DNA of 64,000 nt, taken from Asterias rubens. Taxonomy: Eukaryota. A program made the position numbers and the translations under genes. This document shows positions 37,741 to 48,488 of the stretch, in pieces. Location: contig NC_047062.1 of assembly GCF_902459465.1 (NCBI RefSeq), positions 3,906,001-3,970,000 of the forward strand, written 5' to 3'. Position 1 is the stretch's first letter. Each line of letters starts with the position of its first letter. The notes below the pieces were generated by a model. The model ran no database searches. It was not told where the DNA came from and was given only the letters and a program-made list of their open reading frames with translations.

Positions 37741-38987
37741 GCGGGTACGCATCTGTTGGAAATATCCAAATACAACTGAAGGCCATGCACCATCTGCATT
37801 AGTGAATGGCTTTATATCTGTGTAACATATTTTGCTAAATGCTCTCTACTCTTCAATGAGGCAGTAATTAAAAAAATGTTGTGCTGCAATTAATGGACGT
37901 TGTTAAGTAATCCAATTAAAGTTCTATTGGTGAATATTTAGCCTTCGAGAAAAACTCTACCTGGGTCGAAACTTCAGGCCATTAACTATTTTTTGCGTGA
38001 ATATCTAAATAAACATTTTGTACTTAGTACTTTAGATATTCTGGGTTGGTAATTACTTTTTTTTGAATGTCATCAAAATCTAGAAAACAGCATTTCAAGA
38101 CCCCCAAATAATCATTGGTTATTTCAGTTGCCACAATATAAACAAGCACAAATGTGCACAACATCCCTTGCAGAACATAAGCGCTATTTTCTTCTCATTT
38201 TTTTTTTTACACTGAAACAAGGCTACCTTGAAAACATACTCTTACAAAAAAAACCAAAAGAAAAAAAAAAACCAACCCCCCAAAACAAGAAAACAAAACA
38301 GTAATGTAATTTAATCACCGGTAAGTCAACCACAGGACTTTTTCTACAGACCAAGTAGGCTTCTAATGCATTCAGAATAAATAATTGTATTCTCATAAAG
38401 ATGATAACAACCAAGCTATAAAATTTGTCTTTCTAATCAAAACAAAAAATAAACACATGATTGAAAATAACTCATTGTAATTAATGAAGGTGAAGTACTA
38501 GTTACAGTGATATAGTATACCAGATGCTATTGTCAGATATGAACATTATTATTATTTAACATACCCGATGCAAAAACCAAATGTAGAATATAATGAGTTT
38601 AACTGAATGTAAGCATTTATTGTTTAAGATCTCTCACTGTATTTACCTTTAAAACACAGTTGTAAAGTCAATTGGAAGTTTGCACTGGATAATTTAAATG
38701 ATACCTAATCATACATCATTAAAATTTAAGCAACTGTGGATCATAAATCTGTGATCAATTTTAGGCAGAAATTACAAGGAACTGCAAAGGGTACTGATAT
38801 TGGTGGCCTGTGTTTTTCACTAGTATAGAACAAATTTAATTACACTTCAATACATGTGAAAGCCATTTCACGAAGGGATTTACACAAAAAGCTTTCACCG
38901 CTTAGTTTACTATCATAAACCAGTACGATTGAACTAGACATCAAATGATCCTGAGTAGAACATTGCAGAACAAAAACATACACATTT

Positions 38988-39355
38988 TTAAGGGTCTATG
39001 GACTTTTTGTAGGACAAAAAAAACATAATGTCCACAGATTTACATTAAACTTACACAGTTTGAAGATAATGATAGTAGAAAGCTTCCCTGAAAATATTAC
39101 TTGCCTAGGTGCTGTAGTTTTTGAGAAATGAGTAAAACAATGTCAAGAAAATAATTTTTGTCTCAGTGATCATGAGACAAAAATTTGTTTAGTATGTAAA
39201 AACGTATTTTCATGAAATTGTTTTACTCATTTCTCAAAAACTACAGCACCTCAGCAAGTAATATTTTCAGGAAAGCTTTCTACTAAAGTAAGTTTAATGT
39301 AAATCTGTGGACGCTGTGTTTTGTGTTACAAAAAGTACCTCAAACCATTTTGATT
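38988..39355. mobile_element. TTAA-flanked Kolobok/T2-type MITE (family C), largely palindromic
   Basis: ttaagggtctatggactttttgt...; long arms gtagaaagcttccctgaaaatattacttg / caagtaatattttcaggaaagctttctac. Confidence 0.8.
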
Positions 39356-39429
39356 AATTTTTGTTCAAGGTGCGTAAATTTCATTCACAGTGCAATCAAA
39401 ATGTGATATATTTAATGATCATATATATT

Positions 39430-40100
39430 AATGAATAGGGTAGATGGCCTTAGCTTTCGATCCAATCCGGACCTTCTTCAGAGGCATAAAACAAGTACAA
39501 ACAAATACATATCCATTTATAGAAAAAGAGAGGGGGAAAGGGATTAAGGAAAGGATCCAGAAAGAAGCGGGAAAATAACAGCCAATCAAAGTTCCTATTT
39601 CAGAAACAATATTGGTGGCTATGAACCAATAGGAGTGGAGTGGCGAGGACAAAGGATGTTTAGAATGAAAGGAAGGGTTACTGGACCATAAAAGTGGTAA
39701 AAGTATTGTTCGACAACAATGCAGGGAGACATGAACGGGTAGGATTAGAGAGCAAGTTGCATCATGATGCAACTAACAATGGTCAATTAATAAGAATAGC
39801 AAGATCAAAGGTATGATGATTTTAAAAATAGGTATGAGGGACCTGTGGAAAAAAGGGGGGGGGGTTACTTACATCAGATAGTTACAGTGATGAATTTATA
39901 AAAACAACTTTAAACTAGGTTAATTTATACTTTATGTACAGAATATATACAACATATAAGTTCTTAGGCAGAAGTGAAGTGGAGGGTAATGAGAAGTTAT
40001 TTAACACCAGTGTTTATGTTAAGTCCAAAGGGTTTGACTGTCTTGAGTTGGTGAATCCAGTGTGATTCTCTACTCTTGCGGTGTGTGTCATCACCATTGC
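39430..40100 (-). mobile_element. Penelope-like element 3' fragment (pLTR-sized), copy 2
   Basis: 12-bp TSD atcatatatatt (39418-39429, 40101-40112); same ends as 30313-30981. Confidence 0.9.
39444..39487 (-). ncRNA. Minimal type I hammerhead ribozyme, copy 2
   Basis: Identical to 30327-30370. Confidence 0.85.
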
Positions 40101-40101
40101 A
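39997..40101 (-). pseudogene. C-terminal fragment of a Penelope-like GIY-YIG endonuclease, copy 2
   Basis: CNGDDTHRKSRESHWIHQLKTVKPFGLNINTGVK*. Confidence 0.85.
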
Positions 40102-41265
40102 TCATATATATTGATATATCATTTTGACTCACATAATTTTGTTACAATAATAAAAACTACTAATCTTGGTACCAATCTTAATCGCAAGCCATTCCAAGAT
40201 TCAAGATTTACAAGAGACTAACCGAGCTTCATCTGAGGTTTCCAAGAAAATTGAAAATTACATCTCTCACTGCTGATTGGTTTCCCTCTTTTACGACATC
40301 ATAAAATATCCATCTCACAGGCATGACAAAAATGCCTTGAAATCATTTCATGGAAAATAGTCTAAGCAATCTGTACAGATGACTTTGCGCAGGAAAAACC
40401 TATTTATGCTTTGTACCACACAGAATTCCAACACCCATCCCAATTACCAAGTGCTCAAAAATATTACATCAATACAGAAAGCGTAATGGAAACCCACAAC
40501 TGAGTGGGATGCATAGAAATTTTGTTATTGGCAACACAATCGAGAAATGCGTACGCACTGGGTAGCTTAGATAATGGCCTACACTAAGGTTGATTCCGTT
40601 GCTAGGGTATTGTGGAACAGCCTGCCTGCGTTTTTCATGACTAATGGCTCCATATTTTGTTACATGAATTTCAATGACATATTTGGTTCCAAATATTGTA
40701 ACCCCTGCCATTCAAGGAAGATTCTATGACTCAGGAAATAATATGAAATGACAATCCAAATAATCCAGGGGCCTAACGGTTTATAGTTTCTCCCCCCCCC
40801 CCCCTGGTTTCTTCAAAACAAAAACAGGATGGAGTTTTAAAAATCAGTTACTTCTAATGGCCAAATAAATGTTTTGATGTCGTTTTAAAAATATCCTGTT
40901 GTCGCTTTTTCGAGAGAGTATACAGCAAAATATTGTAACTTTGAAAACGCAAACAATGTGCTCGGTGAAACGTATTACCTATGCTTTCATATGAGTGCTG
41001 GTACTTCATAAGAATTTCAAATAATGCAATTACATCAATTTCATTTAAAGGATCTGACCATGTAAAAAGGTCCTCTTGTTGCTGAAGGAGCAGACAATTA
41101 TTAAGGCCTTTGATTTGTAGAGATAAATTAAAATGAAATTCAATTACCCTTATTTCAATTAACAATTGATAAACTACATGTTCATGTGTAGATGTTTACA
41201 GAACTTTTGCTATTTCCCTGAAACATAAACTGTTGGCTACGAGAGAGTTTAACAAGAACAATTGT

Positions 41266-41640
41266 TTAAAGCCATTGGACCCTTTCGGTAAACAGTGTTG
41301 TCCAAGGCCCACACTTTGTGTACCACAACTTCTATATCAAATAACAAACCTGTGAAAATTTAGGCTCAATCGGTCATCGGAGTCGGGAGAAAACAACGGA
41401 AAACCCCACCCTTGTTTCCGCGCGTTTCGCCGTGTCATGACATGTGTTTAAAATAAATCTGTAATTCTCGTTAACGAGAGTTTATATTGTTTTGCTGTTT
41501 TCTAAAAAAGTAAAGCATTTCATGGAATAATATTTCAAGAGAAGTCTTTCACCATTGCCTTCTGTAAACCCTGTAAGTTATTTGTAAATCTGTGAACTTT
41601 TTTTTTTTTTTTTTGAACCGAAAGGGTCCAATGGCTTTAA
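41266..41640. mobile_element. Family B MITE with perfect termini
   Basis: ttaaagccattggaccctttcggt / accgaaagggtccaatggctttaa (24-bp perfect, including TTAA). Confidence 0.92.
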
Positions 41641-42842
41641 CTTATTTTATACGTCTTTGAAATCATTACATTTGCATCAAGGAATTGGCGACTTCACACT
41701 ACAAAATATGACTAAGGGTTGAGATAAAGTGTAAACTACCCACAAATTTCAAAAGTAAATAATTCTTTCTGATGACAAGTCGTCGAATAAGTGGATATTG
41801 GATAGCTTCATGTGGCCGCACTTAATTGTCACTATTTAGATGTACAGCTAACGTGTGGTATTATGCGTCATCTTTGAATCATACACAGTAAATATACACT
41901 ATTAATAATAGACCGGAACACGGCCACGAGGCTGGAACCATCCATAATATGGAGAATTTGAGAAAAACCAAGAAATGAAATGATAATAAAAATAACGAGC
42001 TGAGAAGCCTGTCTCTATACACACAGGGCCAAACCTCATCAGCAAGTTTTTGTGTTTTCTACTAAACTGACAATGGCAGGACCAGATGTTACAAGTACGT
42101 CACAGAAATGAATGCTATGACTCAATCAACTGTTTTAATAACAGCCAAAGCCAACTGGTAGATGTATCATACATAACAAAAAGAAGAAGAAAAAAACCCT
42201 GAATCTACGCTGCTATGGCTATGAGTAGAGAGTGAAGGCCAGCAAAATCACTGACTGGTTGATTTGCAATGAGTCAGTACCCTTGTAGTACTAAATGAAT
42301 TTCCATACAGACAACTCTCCTCGTTATATTCCTCAACCGAGGTAACTTTAGGGAGAAAGCTAAACACCATGACATGACTAAGCCAAACGTAATATCCTTT
42401 TAATGAACTTCTACATGAAACAAGATTGATGGTCCAAATTAAATGAGGCAAACAGGAGCGTTATTAAGGGGTTTCGTGGGATAGCGGTTTGGGAGGGTAC
42501 ATACAATGATGACATTATACTCTTATAATTTGTATTGCCGATATAACAGATGATGTGACACATTCCATTACTATTATCCTCGTTCAAACTCAAGTCAGTC
42601 AAAAACAGTTTGTTTAAACCTTTACCAAGAAGCTCCACCCCCCCCCCCACCTCCATTCAGTCAGGTGCCCCATATACGTAACTGCATAAATAAGTTCTTA
42701 TTATCATACACGGAATGGCACCAGACAAGTTCCTCATCCATCATTTGAGTTTTGAAAAATAACCAGACAGCCATTTTGTTTTATCTTCATGTCAAAACAA
42801 TTTTCAATGGCCCAAAACTTTGACCCAGGTAGAGTCTTTCTA

Positions 42843-43228
42843 CGAGGTTAGAAAGCTTGAGCTTGAGCTTCCCTTCAAATAATTACTAACTAAGGTTCTG
42901 TAGTTTTTTGAGAAATGAGTAAGACAAGTCACAAAATATTTTTTGTCTCAGTGAGACGAAAATTATTTTAGCATGTAAAAACCCATTAACCAGTTCTGAT
43001 ATTATACCATAAACATAGCAAAACTGGTTAGGCCTAATACATTTTTACATGCTAAAACTGAGACCAAAAACTATTAGTTTTACTCATTTCTCAAAAACTA
43101 CAGCACATCAGCAAGTAAAATTTAAAGGAAAGCTTTCTAATATCATTATCTTCAAACTGTGTAAGTTTAATGTAACTCTGCGGACATTGTACACAGACCA
43201 TAGACCAAAAGTACATAGACCATTTAAC
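42843..43228. mobile_element. Family C MITE, left terminus missing
   Basis: Arms match 38988-39355; ends aaagtacatagaccatttaa. Confidence 0.75.
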
Positions 43229-44974
43229 CATTAGGTCTCAGCATCATTATAAATACACAGCTGGGACAGAAAGTGAAGTAGGCTTCCTAATTGGGGAATT
43301 GTTTTCTTCTTCTAAAATACACCATTATCACTGATAGAGATATAGCACACCTATTAATAAGTTCAGCAATTTCTCTTTCACAAATCTGTTTTTACATACT
43401 GAAACAATAATCAAAACATGTAACAATAACTCACACAGAAAGATTCAATTATCAATGAACAGATTGTTAATTTGTCTACCTAAAATATTTCCTAGTAAAA
43501 AATTGTTACTGGGCAAATCATCCTGAAAATGAAAGCAACTTCAATAAACGTCTAAATTTATCACCCCCCCCCCCCCAACAAAAAAAAAACAACAAAAAAC
43601 ATACTGTCCTCTTGAAAAATAAATACAGATACATAATCTTTCGAAGTTGTGCATCAAATAAAATTGAATGTCACAGATTACATTTAACATAAGAATCAGG
43701 AAAACTAGATCAAACACAGTGCATAACATCACTGTAACAGCAGCTCACCAATAAATTAATTTCAGACAATTTCCAACAGTGTTGTCCCTCTTCAAAATAT
43801 ACGGGCATCGCCAACAGAGGGGGCTGTGAGTGTACATGTACATGGCTAAATTACATGCAATGTTTTACCAACACATTGTGTTATAGATGTTTACACTGAA
43901 CCTTATTGGATGAAATGCAAACTTCAGCAGATAATAGATTGCAATGGCAAATTCTGGTACTGATGCTTATTTTTAAGTAGGTTATCCTAGCTGTTGTCCG
44001 ACTTACATGTTTATGCTTATTAACATTATGTTGTGAGGCTACCGTTTTGATAAATTATTTCCATACACATGACAGCATTTCAGATGGACAATAGACCCCT
44101 ACCATAAGTCGCCATCTATGATAAAACCGTCACGCATAAAAGGCTTTCACATGAGCACTTTTCCATTGTTTTATATCAAAGATGGTGATCAATGACGCCA
44201 TGTGCAATCCATATAGTTTTCCGTGACTTTGGGGTGTGCACCAATTGGCGCCTTAGTTGTCAATTTACTTTCTAGTAATTGTCTTCAAAGTTACAAGAAC
44301 AAGAGTCTTTAAAAAGACGATCGTTTACTAACAGTCCAACTTCGGTGTAGGACGCCGCTCTAAAAAAGGGCCCTTCAATTTTATCTTCTGCTTAATTATG
44401 CATTTTCCATCTCGACTAAAAATCGGCCCATTGCCAGTTGGATTTATCCTTCCCAGTTGACTCCATGAAATATGCAGTGTAAATCATCACCTCAAATTGA
44501 ATTGGTGATAATGTGCGACATTATGGAAATAACGCGATAAGCTGAGAAGTTTGGCCGACACTCTGAAGAAACTGAGTGTCTTCTTGTGCTTACTAAGGCG
44601 TGGGGGGAAGAAGGAAGGGGGGATGTAAGAAGTAAGAATATCCTATCGACCTATTGAGTCGTATTATCACCATCCACAGTCATCACATTGCGGACCAAAA
44701 TTTTTAATTAGTTTAGAGAGATGAGAAAACATTGGTTTAAGGCGGAACTATGCCCCCCAATCATCGGGTCATCGAAGAACATCAAAACCATATACTGAAT
44801 TGCGTTACCATGGGTGACCTGGTTTATGAAAAATAGAAAATGGTGAAAGACGGTCATGTTATTTATAAGTTTTTTTTTAGCCAAGGCACTTACATTGTCA
44901 AATTCAGTTTCTAATAGGTGAGAACATTACAACCCAGTTAGTTTTTTTTATTATTATAATTTTTGACATATTTG

Positions 44975-45265
44975 TTATTTTAAATGATTTGAGATTGAAC
45001 CCAAAACAAATTTACTGGAGTGAAAATTTGAACAAACGACCTCTGGATTAACAGGCCGGCGCTCTACCAACTAAGCTATCAGCCGTATGTTGGCAGCCTC
45101 TTTATGTAGTCAATTTCTTGGTTCAGGTTTCAGTCAAATCATACAACTGTTAATTGCCGTGCAGAAAGGAATCACAAGTTTATGGTGCAACCTGAAAAGC
45201 GGCAGCCAGGGTATCACCTTAAAGGGATGCGACTTTTTTATTTAAGATATCAAATAATATACCAC
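44975..45265 (-). mobile_element. Diverged dispersed monomer of the 318-bp T1 unit
   Basis: Minus strand: tgtggtatattatttgatatc...aaagtcgcatccctttaaggtgat...gatagcttagttggtagagcgccggcctgttaatccagaggtcg...aaatcatttaaaa. Homologous to the array unit but starting at a different phase; tRNA-like part ~45013-45085. Confidence 0.85.
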
Positions 45266-45777
45266 AGTTGGTTTCCCTTGTGGGGTATTAATTGATACCT
45301 TGTATATTTCAAACATAACAACCACAACTAGTACTTCTTGATGTTATTTGCACTGTGCTTATTTAACATTATGAGACTATGTTTTAAGGTACAGAAGCTG
45401 CCTTGAATACTTTCACACAAACTGATTTCAGTTGGTGAAACCAAATCAGGACTAGGCCCATTAATATTCATTATAGTTTTTAAAACAAAACATGGAAGCC
45501 AGTAAAAAGAAACTAAACCTGCAATTGAGACGTTTCTACATGGCTACTGATGGTTTCCCCTGTGTAACTCCGTAAAAGTCTCTGAAATATTTATGACGTG
45601 GAAACACTATCGGAAAGGTACATGAAATATGCAGGAAAATGTTATAGTCATCATCTATCCGTGCGTAAGGCTGGGAGACGTGTTTACTCCTACCAGACAG
45701 AAAGCTGAAAGTTTACAAATGCATAATGTAAACCAACATGAACAAAATCAAACGGGAGTTAATGTAATGTTTAAACA

Positions 45778-46168
45778 TTAAATGGACACATTGCCTTGGA
45801 TCAGGCAAATTGGTCTATGAAAAGTGTTTGAAACCGCTTGTTATGAAATGCAATGGTCGGAAAGATGTTTTGAAAGTAGAATATAACTATCCACAAAAAT
45901 ATGCCTCGAAATTGTATGGTTTTCCTAATACGTAGCAAACTAACACGGCACGCCATTTTGTGGAGAAAAGTTTTTGACTCCATAAAATGGCCGAATGTGT
46001 TAGTTCGCAAAGTAAAATGAAAACCACACAATTTCATGGCATGTTTATGTGTAGTGGCCATTATATTCTACTTTTAAAAACATCTTTCTAACCATTTCGA
46101 TTTCAAACCAAATGGTTTCAAACGCTTTTCATAGATCAACTCATCCAGCAAGGCAAACGTCCCTTTAA
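45778..46168. mobile_element. TTAA-flanked MITE (family E)
   Basis: ttaaatggacacattgccttggat ... atccagcaaggcaaacgtccctttaa; internal tgtttgaaaccg / ggtttcaaacg inversion. Confidence 0.75.
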
Positions 46169-47179
46169 GATTGGCTGCTTATGTTCACGGTTAGCTATGC
46201 CGGAGAGTCTCTTTTGCTCAGCAGTTTTCTGCGTCAATTTTCTTCTGTAATAGATGTTTATTCTGCTCTAATTTTCTTCTACTTTGGTGCAGTCTTGTTT
46301 TCCAACAGGCAGATTAATGGTACTTGGTGTAATTTTCCCATCACAGCTTAAATTCATCACAAATTGATGTGAATACCCCTTTTTGTATTTTATAGCTGCT
46401 CAAACTAACAAGCAGATTAATGGTACTGCAAAAAAAAAAAATTTGTCTTTGGGCCTTAGAAATGATAGTACAATCTGCAGTTATAAATTCTCACCTAATA
46501 GACGCAACTCTGAGTCTGTGTTTTGCCCTAACCAACGCCTCGTGGCACGCCTTCACGATAATGCCAAAATCATTAAAGAACGCACACAATGTTAAATAGA
46601 ATTGATACGAGGAGTGAAGCCTAAATCTAAAGCTTGTTTTTCTGTCTGGGTGCTGGTTCACTACTGAGAGAGCAAATCCATGGGTTACAGATACTCTCCG
46701 AGGACAATGGAAATATGTTTAAGAAGAAATGTGATCTTGCGTCAGACAAGGAGTCAAGACGAGATAGTTGCGTAAATATCTCCTCTTAGTTTATTTTCAA
46801 TTTGGAACACACGTCCCGACTTGTTTATCCGGTGCGAAACAGTCTCATGTCTTGCTTTGCCTGCGTAACACACAACTTCGGAAGGTTTGTTTGTTTTTAG
46901 AGAATCTTGGAGTGAAATTACACAAACAAAACAGAAACTGAGTGTAATGAGTTGTGTGAAAATGAAATGAACCTCCAAAAAAGAAGAAAAGTTGCTGAGA
47001 GGATTGACCAACCATTTGGGATATAAATGTTGCAGTCTGTTATCGCAGATTATTAAATTCAAGAATATTAACAAGTAAATTTGAGTACAACTTCTGTTTC
47101 AATTTACTCTGTTTAACGTAATGTAAATTGACTACATAAGAAAGAGAGCATTTTATAAGTATATAATTATTATATTGGA

Positions 47180-47265
47180 ACTCAACTGACTAGGGCGCAG
47201 ACTGTTTGAGCAAGCGCCATGAACGCCTGATTTGGCTGATACCGGCGCTGTATATGACTTTGTTT
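47180..47265 (+). mobile_element. LINE/SINE 3' tail remnant
   Basis: gagcaagcgccatgaacgcc...ggcgctgtata...tatttatt resembles L2/CR1-type tails. Confidence 0.4.
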
Positions 47266-48292
47266 GATACTATTTATTCATAAAATATGCAATTTTCTTT
47301 TGACCAAAGATATTGCATGCTGCATGTAATCTTTAAATGGTTCTCTTACCATTTTCTCATTGAACTAAGAACCCATCCGACGAGAGAAAATCTATTTTCT
47401 TGAACACAATGAATTTGTGATGTATTTTTTCAGAAACGATAAAAATCATATCATTATTCTGTGAAACTATTCAGTTGGCTTGTATTGACCTGCCCTTTTC
47501 GAAAAAATCTTCATAAGATGGACTCTGCAGGATAACATGCCCTGAACGTCCGTGACACAGACATGTTTCTGAAGATGCAAGCTAGTGCATTCTTAAGATG
47601 TATGCCTAAGCTTCTTCAACTGGAGTGACCAAGATGCAAGTATGCCTGTCGCACCAAGCTATGTAAATTGGGGGGGGGGGATGTGGTTTAAGCAACATGG
47701 TTATGCAAGCTGTGTTATGACGTCACTGACAGTTTTTTATAGTACAATTTGATTGTGTCACACGACCACAGGACCGACGCCACTACAGGGGCAAGCGGGA
47801 GGGAGAAATCCTAGACACTCCGACGGTAGAGACATGGGCTTCCAAATTGACTCTAATCAAATAGACTGGCGGTGTACAAATGTGTGAATTTACATTGCCA
47901 AAGAAGGTCTTCAGGTGCTGATGAAAAAGGGGTCTGTGTGTGGGGGAGAGAACACAGTGCAATCCGGTACTTGATGACAAGACCACTTCTAAAATGGTGG
48001 TGTGGTCACTGTCGTCAAATTTTTAAAACAAATCTTTTTACTGCGCTGCATAACGTTTTTATCTAAGTCACTGGAGACGTCACATGATTACATTCGCATG
48101 AATGAAGACTGTGGGTCAAACTCTTTCCTTTAAGATTCCGAAAACAGACAAAAGTCCACAGATTTTCTTAAACTTTTTATTGTTGAGATATGTTGAGATT
48201 TAAATTGACATAAAAACATTAGCATGAATTAAATTCTGATGATGTTTTGTTTGTCTTATGTGTTGCCACCATAAAAAAATAACAATAATAAT

Positions 48293-48488
48293 AAAAGTAA
48301 TTTTCCACGAATCAGAAAGCACACAACTTTATGTGACAAGGGTGTTTTTTCCTTTCATAGTTATCTCTCAACTTCGATGACCAATTGAGCTGAAATTTTC
48401 ACAGGTTTGTAATTTTATGCATATGTTGAGATACACCAAGTGAGAAGACTGGTCTTTGACAATTACCAATAGTGTCCAGTGTCTTTAA
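48293..48488. mobile_element. Family A MITE, right half only
   Basis: aaagtaattttccacga...aattaccaatagtgtccagtgtctttaa. Confidence 0.85.

Noticed and set aside
44543-44580. gacactctgaagaaactgagtgtc hammerhead-like hairpin
   Set aside because: CUGAAGA is present but there is no stem II or separate GAAA; an incomplete core.
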